Shown: positions 27,661 through 37,653, counted from the first letter of the stretch. The stretch is DNA of 64,000 nucleotides from Clostridia bacterium (GCA_900770385.1 CAAGKK010000044.1:23149-87148); one strand, 5' to 3'. A program made the numbers and translations. Notes: generated from the sequence alone by a model not told the origin.

Positions 27661-28503
27661 ATGTCACAAATAATAGATGGAAAAAATTTAGCAAAAAATA
27701 TTAGAGAAAGTTTAAAGGACGAAGTAAAAGAATTGAAGAATGCGGAAATTTATCCTAAACTTGCAGTTATAATGGTAGGGGATGATAAAGCATCAAAAGT
27801 ATATGTTAAAAATAAAAGCAAAGCATGTGAAGATGTTGGAATAGCATACGAAGAATACTTATTACCAGCAAGTACAAAAATGCAAGAACTATTAGAACTA
27901 ATAGAAAAATTAAACAATGACGAAACAATACATGGAATATTGGTACAAAGTCCATTACCAAATGGATTAGATGCTAATGAAGCATTTAGAACAATTTCAC
28001 CTAAAAAAGATGTAGATGGATTTCATCCAATCAATGTTGGAAAATTAAGTTTAAACCAAGATTGTTTTATATCATGCACACCATATGGAATTATAAAAAT
28101 GTTAGAAAGTTATAATATACCAATAGAAGGTGCGAATGCTGTTATTATAGGAAGAAGTAATATAGTTGGAAAGCCATTGGCCAAATGTTTATTAAATAAA
28201 AATGCAACAGTAACAGTATGTCATTCTAAAACAAAAAACTTAAAAGAAATAACTAAAAATGCAGATATATTAATAGCAGCAATAGGAAAGCCTAAGTTTG
28301 TAACAGAAGATATGGTAAAAAACGGTGCTACTGTTATAGATGTTGGAATAAATAGAACTGATGATGGCAAATTAGTGGGGGATACAGATTTTGAAAATAT
28401 AAAAGAAAAGGTACAATATATAACACCAGTGCCAGGCGGAGTAGGACCAATGACAATAGCAATGCTTATGTATAATGTAGTAAAAGCTGCAAAGCAACAA
28501 TAA
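27661..28503 (+). CDS. folD: Bifunctional methylenetetrahydrofolate dehydrogenase/cyclohydrolase
   Basis: MSQIIDGK..., VGDDKASKVYVKNK, GRSNIVGKP, PVPGGVGPMT; tracked ORF is N-terminally over-extended. Confidence 0.93.
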   Translation: MSQIIDGKNLAKNIRESLKDEVKELKNAEIYPKLAVIMVGDDKASKVYVKNKSKACEDVGIAYEEYLLPASTKMQELLELIEKLNNDETIHGILVQSPLPNGLDANEAFRTISPKKDVDGFHPINVGKLSLNQDCFISCTPYGIIKMLESYNIPIEGANAVIIGRSNIVGKPLAKCLLNKNATVTVCHSKTKNLKEITKNADILIAAIGKPKFVTEDMVKNGATVIDVGINRTDDGKLVGDTDFENIKEKVQYITPVPGGVGPMTIAMLMYNVVKAAKQQ

Positions 28504-28517
28504 AGAAATAATTAAAA

Positions 28518-28542
28518 GGGAGCGAGAATATCGCTCCCTTTT
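28518..28542 (+). terminator. Rho-independent terminator
   Basis: GGGAGCGA-GAATA-TCGCTCCC followed by TTTT. Confidence 0.85.
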
Positions 28543-28576
28543 ATTATCTTATAAAAAATAGGAGGTAATAAAAATA

Positions 28577-29233
28577 ATGAAATATAAAGTTATAAAAATA
28601 AATATAGATAGTAAATATTATCCAGAAAGATTAAAAAACATAGCTTGTCCACCAAAGCAACTATATTGTTTGGGCAATTTAAAACTTTTAAACTGTAATA
28701 ATACTATTGGAATTATTGGATCAAGAAACTGTAGTAAGTATGGAGAAAAAGTATCAAAAGCTTTTGGCTTTAATTTAGCAAAACAAGATATGTGTGTAAT
28801 AAGTGGACTTGCTAAAGGGATAGATTCTTTTTCACATATAGGAGCTTTAAATGCAAATGGAAAAACAATAGCAGTACTAGGAAGCGGATTGGATAATATT
28901 TACCCAAAGGAAAATATTTACTTGTTTAATAGTATTATTAATAATGACGGGTTAATAATAAGCGAATATCAATTAGGAACTAAGCCATTAAAACAAAACT
29001 TTCCAGCAAGAAATAGAATTATAAGTGGTTTAAGTGATAGTATTCTTGTGGTAGAGGCAAGGGAAAATAGTGGCACTAATATAACCGTTGATTTTGCATT
29101 AGAACAAGGAAAAGATGTATTTGTTATTCCAGGAAATATATATTCAAAAACAAGTAATGGTACTAATTTTTTAATAAAAGAAGGGGCAATTCCAGTGACT
29201 AACTACGAAGATATATTGAATTATAGAAGATAA
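28577..29233 (+). CDS. dprA: DNA-processing protein DprA (short form, Rossmann core only)
   Basis: GIIGSRNCSKYG, ISGLAKGIDSFSH, FPARNRIISGLS. Confidence 0.8.
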   Translation: MKYKVIKINIDSKYYPERLKNIACPPKQLYCLGNLKLLNCNNTIGIIGSRNCSKYGEKVSKAFGFNLAKQDMCVISGLAKGIDSFSHIGALNANGKTIAVLGSGLDNIYPKENIYLFNSIINNDGLIISEYQLGTKPLKQNFPARNRIISGLSDSILVVEARENSGTNITVDFALEQGKDVFVIPGNIYSKTSNGTNFLIKEGAIPVTNYEDILNYRR

Positions 29234-29325
29234 ATTTTAACAAAGAATTAATTAATAATATGAATGAGGGTGGACAAATTTACTTGCTCACCAATTACAA
29301 AGAAAAATTATTTTTGGCTAAATGC

Positions 29326-29355
29326 TTGACAATTGTAATGTTTGGGTATTATAAT
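29326..29355 (+). promoter_or_regulatory. Sigma-A type promoter of the rimP-nusA-infB operon
   Basis: TTGACA, 18-nt spacer, TATAAT. Confidence 0.6.
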
Positions 29356-29376
29356 ATAAAAGCATAAGAAATAACT

Positions 29377-29403
29377 AGAGAGTGGGAACAAATCCCACTC
29401 TCT
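29377..29403 (+). promoter_or_regulatory. Perfect 11-bp leader hairpin upstream of rimP
   Basis: AGAGAGTGGGA-ACAAA-TCCCACTCTCT, 10 nt before the rimP SD; no T-run. Confidence 0.5.
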
Positions 29404-29425
29404 AATACATATAGGAGGAATTTGA

Positions 29426-29881
29426 TTGTCTAAAATAGAAGAAAAAGTTGAAAGCTTATTATCAAGTGTTATTAATCAATTAGGTTATGAGCTTTATGAT
29501 GTAGAGTATGCAAAAGAAGGAAAAGATTACTTTTTAAGAATATTTATTGATAAGCCAGAAGGAATAGATTTAAACGACTGCGAAAAAGTAAATAATGCAA
29601 TTAATGAACTTTTAGATGAAGCAGATTATATAAAAGAACAATATTTTTTAGAAGTTTCTTCACCAGGAATAGAAAGAATCCTTAGAAAAGATAAGCATCT
29701 AAAAGATAATATTGGAAGTATGGTTGAACTAAAGCTTTTTAAATCAATTAATAAAGAAAAGAATCTTGTAGGATATTTAAAATCTTACGATGAAAATTTT
29801 ATAACTATAGAAAAAGACAATAAAGAAATACAAGTAGAAAGAAAAAATATTTCTATAATAAAAACAGTATATGAATGGTAA
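29426..29881 (+). CDS. rimP: Ribosome maturation factor RimP
   Basis: TTG start after AGGAGGA; LGYELYDVEY...YFLRIFIDKPEGIDLNDCEKV. Confidence 0.9.
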   Translation: MSKIEEKVESLLSSVINQLGYELYDVEYAKEGKDYFLRIFIDKPEGIDLNDCEKVNNAINELLDEADYIKEQYFLEVSSPGIERILRKDKHLKDNIGSMVELKLFKSINKEKNLVGYLKSYDENFITIEKDNKEIQVERKNISIIKTVYEW

Positions 29882-29959
29882 AAGTTATTTATTAAATTTA
29901 AAATTATTATATAAACTCACTAAGTAAAAAAAGCAAAGTGAGGAGAGGAGGAAGATAAA

Positions 29960-31063
29960 ATGAAAGAAGCAATAGATAATAAAGAATTAGTAATTGCTTT
30001 AGAAGAATTAGAAAAAGAGAAAGGTATAAAAAAAGATTATATTATAGAATCAATAGAAACTGCACTACTTACAGCATATAAAAGAAACTTTGATTCAGCA
30101 GAAAATGTTAAGGTAATAATGGACCCAGTAACAGGAGCTGCTCACTTATATGCAGTAAAAGAAGTAGTTGAAAAAGTAGAAGATTCTAATCTTCAGATAG
30201 TATTAGAAGAAGCTAAAAAAATAGATAAAAAAGCAAAAGTTGGGGAAACAGTAGATATAGAATTAGCACCTAAAAACTTTGGAAGAATAGCAGCTCAAAC
30301 AGCAAAACAAGTAATTATACAAAAACTAAGAGAAGCAGAAAGAGATGTATTATATACAGAATTTAACGATAGAAAAGGTGAAATCGTTTCAGGAATTATT
30401 CAAAAAGCAGATGGTGGAGTTGTAGTTTTAGATTTAGGAAAACTTGAAGGAATAATGCCTTTAAAAGAACAAATTCCAACAGAAACATATAGAGTAAATG
30501 ATAAAATAAGAGGTTATGTTTCAGATGTTGTAAGAGGAGCTAAAGGAAATCCACAAGTAATTGTATCTAGAGCAGCAAATGATTTTGTTAGAAAATTGTT
30601 CGAATTTGAAATACCAGAAATTTATGAAGGTTTAATAGAAATAAAAAGTGTTTCAAGAGACCCAGGTAATAGATGTAAAGTGGCAGTATATGCAACTAAC
30701 CCAGATATAGACCCTGTTGGTTCTTGTGTAGGACAAAAGGGAATAAGAATTCAAAATATTATAAATGAATTACATGGTGAAAAAATAGATGTTATAGAAT
30801 GGAATGAAGATCCTTCAATATTTATTTCAGCAGCTTTATTACCAGCACAAGTTATGGCTGTAGATATTAAAGATGAAGAAAAATTTGCACAAGTAATTGT
30901 TCCAGATGATCAATTATCACTAGCTATAGGAAAATCTGGTCAAAATGCTAGACTTGCAGCAAAACTTACAAATTGGAAAATTGATATAAAATCAGAAAGT
31001 CAATTCAGAGAAATGCTAGAAAAAATGCAAGATACTGAAGAAACTGAACAAGTAGAGGAATAA
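29960..31063 (+). CDS. nusA: Transcription termination/antitermination factor NusA
   Basis: S1 and KH domains; GSCVGQKGIRIQ, LAIGKSGQNARLA. Confidence 0.95.
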   Translation: MKEAIDNKELVIALEELEKEKGIKKDYIIESIETALLTAYKRNFDSAENVKVIMDPVTGAAHLYAVKEVVEKVEDSNLQIVLEEAKKIDKKAKVGETVDIELAPKNFGRIAAQTAKQVIIQKLREAERDVLYTEFNDRKGEIVSGIIQKADGGVVVLDLGKLEGIMPLKEQIPTETYRVNDKIRGYVSDVVRGAKGNPQVIVSRAANDFVRKLFEFEIPEIYEGLIEIKSVSRDPGNRCKVAVYATNPDIDPVGSCVGQKGIRIQNIINELHGEKIDVIEWNEDPSIFISAALLPAQVMAVDIKDEEKFAQVIVPDDQLSLAIGKSGQNARLAAKLTNWKIDIKSESQFREMLEKMQDTEETEQVEE

Positions 31064-31101
31064 TAAAATTAATTATACACTATAATTAAAGGAGGAATAC
31101 T

Positions 31102-31362
31102 TTGAAAAAGATACCTTTAAGAACATGTATGGGTTGTAATGAGAAAAAAACTAAAAAAGAATTAATTAGAATTGTAAAAGATAAAGAAGGCAATATATGT
31201 GTAGATAAAACAGGAAAAAAAGAAGGCAGGGGAGCATACATTTGTGACAATATTAATTGCTTAGAAAAGGTAATTAAAACTAAAAGATTAGAAAAGGTTT
31301 TAGATACCAAAATTTCAGAAGAAATTTATAATAATCTAAGGAGTGTCATAGATGATAAGTAA
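31102..31362 (+). CDS. ylxR: YlxR/DUF448 RNA-binding protein
   Basis: PLRTCMGCNEKKTKKELIRIV...GRGAYIC; TTG start after AAGGAGGA. Confidence 0.88.
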   Translation: MKKIPLRTCMGCNEKKTKKELIRIVKDKEGNICVDKTGKKEGRGAYICDNINCLEKVIKTKRLEKVLDTKISEEIYNNLRSVIDDK

Positions 31363-31678
31363 AAAGGAAAAAGTGTATGGTTTATTAGGATTATCTATGA
31401 AAGCGGGAAAAGTTGTGTTTGGAACAGAGAGCTGTATAGATATGATTAATAAAAGAAAAATAAAATTATTAATCTTAGCTGAAGATTCTTCGGAAAGAAC
31501 TATTAATAATTTTAAGCAAAAAGCACAAGATAATGAGTTGCCAGTATATATTTTTGGAAATAAGTTTGAATTAAGTAAGGCAATAGGAAAAGAAAATAAG
31601 ACTGTTTTAGGAATTAAAGATAAAAACTTAGCGGAAGCTATAAAAAAAATATTAGATGGGGGTGATGTTATTGGGTAA
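31352..31678 (+). CDS. ylxQ: L7Ae-family protein YlxQ
   Basis: [35 protein letters not shown]. Confidence 0.85.
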   Translation: MISKKEKVYGLLGLSMKAGKVVFGTESCIDMINKRKIKLLILAEDSSERTINNFKQKAQDNELPVYIFGNKFELSKAIGKENKTVLGIKDKNLAEAIKKILDGGDVIG

Positions 31679-34523
31679 ATTAAAAGTTCATGAATTAGCA
31701 AAAGAATTAGGAAAAACGAGCAAAGATATTATCGCAATAGCACAAAGCTTAGGAGCAAAAGTAAACACACACATGAGTTCATTAGAAGATGATATGGTTT
31801 TAAAAATAAAAAATAAAATAAAGGGAGAAAAAACTACGGATACTAAGAATAATAAAAAAGAAGAAGCAAAAGAAGTAAAAAAAGAGAAAAATGAAAGTCC
31901 AGTAATTATTAGAAGACAAGTTATTATATCTGATGAGGAAATAAAAAAACAAGAGGAAGCAGAAAAAAAGAAAAAGCAAGAACAACAAAGAAATAGTCAA
32001 GTCGGTTTTGTAGAAAGAAATAGAAATAAAGACTATAACATTGTATATAGAAATAAACCAACTAAACCTATGACTGTTAGTGAATTATTTGGATTGAAAG
32101 ACAATAAAAAAGAAGAAAAGAAAGAAGTTGTGGAAAAAGAAGAAAAAGTTTCTGCAGAGCCAACAGTTAAAGAAGAAGTAAAAAAAGAACCACAAGTACA
32201 ATCTAATAATAGACCAAATAATAATTACGAAAATAGAAATAATAATCAATATATGAACAACAGAAATAATCAATATAATAATAGAAACAATAATATGAAC
32301 AGAGCAAACAACAATAATCAATATAATAACAATAGAAATAACAATAATTATCAAAGAAATAATAATAACAATAATGGTCGTCCTACATTTAATAATAGAA
32401 ATAATAATAATTATCATAAAAGGCCACTTGATGAAAAGGGTATAGAGAAAAATATTAAAAATATAATGTCAAGTGATATAATAGAAAAAGATAGTGTTAG
32501 AGATTATAATAATAAAAATGCTAATAAACAAAAAAATAATAATAGATATGATGAAAATAAGGCAAAGAAACCAAATAAAAATAGAAGAAATGTTTCAGAG
32601 TTTGATGAAGATAAATTAAAAAGCTTAAAACAAGAAAGAAGCTTGTCTAATATGTTTAATGATCAAGAAGGTGGAATGCTTGATTATTATGATTTAACTA
32701 CTGCAAGAGGAAGAAAAAATAAAAGAAGAATTAATAAAAATGATGAAGAAAGAACAAAACAAAAAATATTCCAATTAACAGAAATAACAATTCCTGAAAC
32801 TATTTCTGTTAAAGATTTTGCAGCAGAAATTAAGAAAACTAGTGGAGAAGTTATTAAAAAATTATTGGGCTATGGAATTATGGCAACAATAAATAATGAT
32901 ATTGATTTCGATACAGCATTTTTAATTGCTGAAGAGTTTGGAATTAAAGCTATAAAGAAAGAAACTGTAACAGAAGAAGATATATTATTTGATGAAAGTG
33001 AAGATTCAGCAGAAGAATTAGAAGCAAGACCACCAGTAATAGTTGTAATGGGGCATGTTGATCATGGTAAAACATCATTACTAGATGCTATTAGAAGCAC
33101 AAATGTAATAGAAGGAGAAGCAGGAGGAATTACACAACATATAGGTGCATCACAAGTAGAAGTAAATGGAAGAATGATTACTTTCTTAGATACACCTGGA
33201 CATGAAGCATTTACAAGCATGAGGGCCAGAGGAGCTCAAGTTACAGATATTGCAATACTTGTAGTAGCAGCAAACGATGGTGTAAAACCACAAACAGTAG
33301 AAGCTATCAATCATGCTAAAGCAGCAGGAATACCAATAATAGTAGCAGTAAATAAAATAGATCTTGAAGGTGCTAATGTAGAAAAAGTTAAAGAAGAATT
33401 AACGAAATATGAATTAGTACCAGAAGAATGGGGAGGAGATACAATTTTTGTTCCAATATCTGCTAAAAAGAAAATAAATATAGATACTTTACTAGAAATG
33501 GTATTATTAGTAGCAGATATGAAAGAATTAAAAGCTAATCCAAACAAACAATCTAAAGGTGTTGTAATAGAAGCTAAATTGGATAAAACAAGAGGACCAG
33601 TAGCAACAATGCTTGTACAAAGAGGAACATTAGATGTTGGAGATACAATTGTTGTTGGATCTGTTATTGGTAGAATAAGAGCTATGACAAACTTTAAAGG
33701 TAAAAAGGTTAAAAAAGCAGGACCTTCTATGCCAGTTGAGATTGTAGGACTAACAGAAGTTCCAGTTGCTGGAGAAACTTTCTATGAAGTCGAAGATGAA
33801 AAAACAGCAAAACATTTAATAGAAAGAAGAAAACGCCAAGAAAGAGAAAAATCTATTAATAGTACAGCAAAGGTTTCTCTAAATGATTTATTTAATCAAA
33901 TAGAAAAAGGAAAATTAAAAGAATTAAATATTATAGTAAAAGCAGATGTACAAGGTAGTGTTGAAGCTGTAAAACAAAGCTTAGAAAAATTATCTAATGA
34001 TCAAGTTCAAGTAAAAGTAATTCATGCTAATGTTGGTGGGGTTACAGAAACAGATGTAACACTTGCCAAAGTTTCAAATGCAATTATAATAGCATTCAAT
34101 GTAAGACCAGAGCCATTAGCAAGAGATATGGCAGATAAAGAAGAAGTTGAAATAAAACAATATTCAGTTATTTATCATGCTATAGAAGATATAGAAGCTG
34201 CAATGAAGGGAATGTTAGATCCAGAATTTGAAGAAAAAGTTATTGGAAATGCAGAAATAAGACAAACATTTAAAGTTTCAAATGTTGGAACTATTGCCGG
34301 ATGCTATGTAACAAATGGAAAAGTTTCAAGAAATGCAGGAATAAGAATAATAAGAGACAATGTTGTTATACATGAAGGAAAACTAATATCATTAAAGAGA
34401 TTTAAAGATGATGTAAAAGAAGTAGCAACAGGATATGAATGTGGTATTCAAATAGAAAACTTTAATGACATAAAAGAAGGAGATATCTTAGAAGTGTATG
34501 TTATGGAGGAAATTAAAAAATAA
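31656..34523 (+). CDS. infB: Translation initiation factor IF-2 (start somewhere in 31656-31671)
   Basis: [11 protein letters not shown]-terminus; [22 protein letters not shown]-domain; long Asn-rich insert. Confidence 0.95.
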   Translation: MGVMLLGKLKVHELAKELGKTSKDIIAIAQSLGAKVNTHMSSLEDDMVLKIKNKIKGEKTTDTKNNKKEEAKEVKKEKNESPVIIRRQVIISDEEIKKQEEAEKKKKQEQQRNSQVGFVERNRNKDYNIVYRNKPTKPMTVSELFGLKDNKKEEKKEVVEKEEKVSAEPTVKEEVKKEPQVQSNNRPNNNYENRNNNQYMNNRNNQYNNRNNNMNRANNNNQYNNNRNNNNYQRNNNNNNGRPTFNNRNNNNYHKRPLDEKGIEKNIKNIMSSDIIEKDSVRDYNNKNANKQKNNNRYDENKAKKPNKNRRNVSEFDEDKLKSLKQERSLSNMFNDQEGGMLDYYDLTTARGRKNKRRINKNDEERTKQKIFQLTEITIPETISVKDFAAEIKKTSGEVIKKLLGYGIMATINNDIDFDTAFLIAEEFGIKAIKKETVTEEDILFDESEDSAEELEARPPVIVVMGHVDHGKTSLLDAIRSTNVIEGEAGGITQHIGASQVEVNGRMITFLDTPGHEAFTSMRARGAQVTDIAILVVAANDGVKPQTVEAINHAKAAGIPIIVAVNKIDLEGANVEKVKEELTKYELVPEEWGGDTIFVPISAKKKINIDTLLEMVLLVADMKELKANPNKQSKGVVIEAKLDKTRGPVATMLVQRGTLDVGDTIVVGSVIGRIRAMTNFKGKKVKKAGPSMPVEIVGLTEVPVAGETFYEVEDEKTAKHLIERRKRQEREKSINSTAKVSLNDLFNQIEKGKLKELNIIVKADVQGSVEAVKQSLEKLSNDQVQVKVIHANVGGVTETDVTLAKVSNAIIIAFNVRPEPLARDMADKEEVEIKQYSVIYHAIEDIEAAMKGMLDPEFEEKVIGNAEIRQTFKVSNVGTIAGCYVTNGKVSRNAGIRIIRDNVVIHEGKLISLKRFKDDVKEVATGYECGIQIENFNDIKEGDILEVYVMEEIKK

Positions 34524-34586
34524 ATAATGAATAATATGCATGTATGGGCGGAACCCCGTGTCCGCCCGCAACCCGCGAGGAATACT
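34524..34586 (+). repeat. GC-rich hairpin repeat, copy B
   Basis: ATAATGAATAATATGCATGTAT-GGGCGGA-ACCCCGTG-TCCGCCC-GCAACCCGCGAGGAATAC; starts at the first nt after the infB stop. Confidence 0.85.
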
Positions 34587-34604
34587 TAAATAAAGGAGAT
34601 AAAA

Positions 34605-34964
34605 ATGCAAAAGAATAATAATAGATTTAATAGAGTTGATGAAGAATTAAAAAAGCAAGTTAGTAGCATTATCATGAATGATATTAAAGATCCAAATTTA
34701 ACAGGTCTAATAAGTGTAACAAAAGCAAAAGTTACTCCAGATTTAAAATATGCAAAGGTATATGTTAGCATTTTAAATGCAAAAAATGTAAAACAAGATT
34801 TAGCAATATTAAAGAAAACTTCTGGTTTAACAAGAAGCTTATTAGCTAAAAGAATGAATTTAAGGATTACACCAGAAATTATATTTGAACTAGATGATTC
34901 AATGGAATATGGAGCAAAAATAGATTCAATATTAAAAGATATTATGAAAGATATTAAAGAATAA
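34605..34964 (+). CDS. rbfA: Ribosome-binding factor A
   Basis: RVDEELKKQVSSII...VTKAKVTPDLKYAKVYVS. Confidence 0.9.
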   Translation: MQKNNNRFNRVDEELKKQVSSIIMNDIKDPNLTGLISVTKAKVTPDLKYAKVYVSILNAKNVKQDLAILKKTSGLTRSLLAKRMNLRITPEIIFELDDSMEYGAKIDSILKDIMKDIKE

Positions 34965-34984
34965 TATGTTAGGAGACTAATAAA

Positions 34985-35941
34985 ATGACTATTGATAATA
35001 TAAAAGAAGAAATTAATAAAGCAAATGATATAGTAATATTAACTCACGAAACTCCAGATGGTGATGCTATAGGTAGTGCACTTGCAATGTATTTAGCATT
35101 GAAAAAAATTAACAAAAATGTAGATGTAATTATTCCAGAATATCCAAAAACATTTGAATTTTTACCAGGTGCAAACGAAATAAAAAATGAAGGAAAGAAA
35201 ACACCATATGATTTAGCTATTTCTGTTGATGTGACAGGAATAAAAAGATTAAATGGGTTTGGAAGTTATTTTGAAAATGCAAATAGCAAAATACAAATAG
35301 ATCATCATGAAGCTAATGATATGTTTGCAGATTTTAATTTTGTAAATCCAGCTTCACCAGCTTGCGCACAGATATTAATATTGGTAATTGAACAATTAGG
35401 TATAGAGATAGATAAAGAAATAGGAACTTGTTTACTTACTGGAATCATTACAGATACAGGAGGATTTAAATACGAAGGAGTAACAGCAGAAACTTTTGAA
35501 TTTGCATCATGGCTATTAACCAAAGGTGTAGATGTATCTGATATTTATAAAAGAGTTCTTCAAATGAATACTAGAGCAAATTTTGAGCTAAGAAAAATAA
35601 TTATAGATAGAATGGAATTTCTATTTGATAATAAAATAACTTTTACATATATAACACTTGATGATATGAAAAAGGCAAATGCAGCAAGTGGAGATCATGA
35701 AGGACTAGTAGAAGTTGGAAGAGATATAGAAGGAGTAGCAGTTTCTATATTCTTAAGAGAAATTGATGGTGGATTTAAAGTATCATTACGCTCAAATAAT
35801 GATATTAATGTTTCTAATGTTGCAATTAATTTTAATGGTGGAGGACATAGAAGAGCAGCTGGTTGCAATATAATGGAAAACTTTGAATTAGCAAAACAAA
35901 AAATAATTAAAGCAGTAGAAACTGAAATAAAAAGAAGTTAA
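34985..35941 (+). CDS. nrnA: DHH/DHHA1 phosphoesterase (NrnA-like oligoribonuclease/pAp phosphatase)
   Basis: HETPDGDAIGS, IDHH, GGGHRRAAG. Confidence 0.85.
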   Translation: MTIDNIKEEINKANDIVILTHETPDGDAIGSALAMYLALKKINKNVDVIIPEYPKTFEFLPGANEIKNEGKKTPYDLAISVDVTGIKRLNGFGSYFENANSKIQIDHHEANDMFADFNFVNPASPACAQILILVIEQLGIEIDKEIGTCLLTGIITDTGGFKYEGVTAETFEFASWLLTKGVDVSDIYKRVLQMNTRANFELRKIIIDRMEFLFDNKITFTYITLDDMKKANAASGDHEGLVEVGRDIEGVAVSIFLREIDGGFKVSLRSNNDINVSNVAINFNGGGHRRAAGCNIMENFELAKQKIIKAVETEIKRS

Positions 35942-35948
35942 ATATTAT

Positions 35949-36836
35949 TTAACTTCTTTTTATTTCGAAAGATTTATTTTTCAAATAGTTTAATATCCCA
36001 GAATCTGTTTTAAAATTAAAACAAATTTTGTATGCACATAATTCTTGAGTTTTTTTCTTAAACTTTTTATTTATTGTATTATTTCCATATTTTCCATCAC
36101 CTAAAATAGGATGACCTATAAAAGCAAGGTGAGCTCTTATTTGATGTGTTTTTCCAGTATGCAATTCTACTTCTAAAGTTGAAAGATTATTATCTAAATC
36201 CTCATGTAAAACTTTATAGGAAGTAATAATTTTTTGATATCCTTTTTTAGGAGAAGAGCTAATATATACAATAGCCTTTTTACTATCTTTAAACAAATAA
36301 TCTTCTAAAACAGCTTCCTTTTTATCTAGTATGCCGATTACAGTACACTTATAAATTTTTGTGATTTCTTTAGCAGAAAATTTTGAATTTAATATTTCTA
36401 AGCTAGCTTGGTTTTTAGCAAATATAATTAATCCTGAAGTATTTCTATCTAATCTATGACATGGATATGGAAATTCTGCTTCTAGGTTTGTATATTTTTG
36501 TTGTAAAAGATATGTAATGCAATTATGAGAATTATTAATAACTTCAATATCTTTTGGCTTATTCAAAATAATTATATTTTCATCCTCATAAACCATATCA
36601 AAATTAACTGTTTTATATAAGTATGAATCACTAATATAAACGGAAATAATATCTCCAGTAAAAACATTTATATTATCATTTATTCTTTTATTATTTATTT
36701 TAATATCTTTTTGTTTTAATGCTTTAAATACTAAAGAAGAAGTAAGTCCGTTAAATGTATCTAAAAGAACAGTATGTATTTTTTTATTATTATATTTTTT
36801 ATCAATACTAAATTCAACCATGAATATATTATACAA
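35949..36836 (-). CDS. RluA-family pseudouridine synthase
   Basis: HRLDRNTSGLIIFAKN catalytic motif, GKTHQIRAHL; N-terminal S4-like segment; alternative start at 36821. Confidence 0.85.
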   Translation of the reverse strand: MYNIFMVEFSIDKKYNNKKIHTVLLDTFNGLTSSLVFKALKQKDIKINNKRINDNINVFTGDIISVYISDSYLYKTVNFDMVYEDENIIILNKPKDIEVINNSHNCITYLLQQKYTNLEAEFPYPCHRLDRNTSGLIIFAKNQASLEILNSKFSAKEITKIYKCTVIGILDKKEAVLEDYLFKDSKKAIVYISSSPKKGYQKIITSYKVLHEDLDNNLSTLEVELHTGKTHQIRAHLAFIGHPILGDGKYGNNTINKKFKKKTQELCAYKICFNFKTDSGILNYLKNKSFEIKRS

Positions 36837-36922
36837 AAAATATTATAAAAAAACAAGAAATGTTATATATATTTAGTTCTATTAATAAAATGTATACATA
36901 TAGTTTAATGGGAGGAATATTT

Positions 36923-37324
36923 ATGAATGAGAATTCAATGAATAATTTTTTAGAAGAAAGAGAAGAGAAAAAGTATTTTAATATTGTAAAGGGAATAGGA
37001 GTAGCTTTTATTATTACTCTTTTAGGAATTTTTGTATTTTCATTGCTTTTAACATATACTAAAATTTCTGAAAATACAATTTCGCCTGTAATTATAATAA
37101 TTTCTGCTATTAGTATACTTATAGGAGCTAATATAAGTACAAGAAATTTAAGCAAAAATGGGATGTTAAATGGTGCGCTAATAGGAGGAATATATATATT
37201 GCTAATATATCTTATATCTAGTATTATAAATTCTCAGTTTTCAGTTAATATATATTCAGTTTTTATGATAATATTTGGAATTATAGCAGGTTTGATTGGT
37301 GGAATATTAGGAATAAACTCTTAA
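36923..37324 (+). CDS. TIGR04086/YrzE-like membrane protein
   Basis: GGGAGGA SD before ATG 36923; KGIGVAFIITLL...GANISTRNLSKNGMLNGALIGGIY. Confidence 0.7.
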   Translation: MNENSMNNFLEEREEKKYFNIVKGIGVAFIITLLGIFVFSLLLTYTKISENTISPVIIIISAISILIGANISTRNLSKNGMLNGALIGGIYILLIYLISSIINSQFSVNIYSVFMIIFGIIAGLIGGILGINS

Positions 37325-37365
37325 AATCTATTTACATAAAGTCTAAAATGTGATATAATATTTTT

Positions 37366-37562
37366 ACATTATGCGAGGAGGTCAGGCGCATTGTGTAAAT
37401 AAAACTGAATTCAATAAGGGAAAATTCTGAAGGCAACTGAAAGGGTATAACGAAAATTTAATATTACCGCTTACAAAAAAAGTTAAGCAAACCTACTCTC
37501 AATATTCTCTTATCTTATTTGGTCTTCCGATTTTTTCATTCGAATTAATCGGAAGTTTTTTT
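37366..37562 (+). ncRNA. Candidate small non-coding RNA (~197 nt, identity unknown)
   Basis: TTTACA (37331), 17-nt spacer, TATAAT (37354); no ORF; ends in CTTCCGATT/AATCGGAAG hairpin followed by T7 (37524-37562); neighbouring genes are on the other strand. Confidence 0.5.
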
Positions 37563-37569
37563 ATTTTTT

Positions 37570-37604
37570 TATATAGTAGGAAATGAGAAATTTCCTACTA
37601 TATA
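37570..37604 (+). repeat. 35-bp perfect palindromic repeat, copy 2
   Basis: TATATAGTAGGAAAT-GAGAA-ATTTCCTACTATATA directly after the terminator T-run. Confidence 0.85.
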
Positions 37605-37653
37605 AAAAATGCCAATAATTTATATTGGCATTTTTTTCTTTTATTTTATATGT

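Noticed and set aside
32085-32417. 110-aa minus-strand ORF opposite the IF-2 Asn-rich region
   Set aside because: It is the reverse complement of AAT/AAC repeats, giving poly-Ile/Val. It lies inside an essential gene and is a composition artefact.
36860-36922. N-terminal extensions in the ORF track. This one affects the TIGR04086 gene. Others are 27604 (folD), 39145 (GH18), 43924 (xseB), 54741 (tetR), 17319 (eno), 2861 (gap), 9103 (GGGtGRT) and 8339 (NifU-like).
   Set aside because: In each case an internal ATG is preceded by a well-spaced SD and starts the conserved N-terminus of the family. The upstream codons overlap promoters or terminators.
37366-37562. Naming the candidate sRNA as 6S RNA, SRP RNA, tmRNA or RNase P RNA
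   Set aside because: Size and a rough end-to-end helix resemble 6S. I could not find diagnostic conserved sequence motifs for any of these families by eye, so it is left as an unidentified candidate ncRNA.
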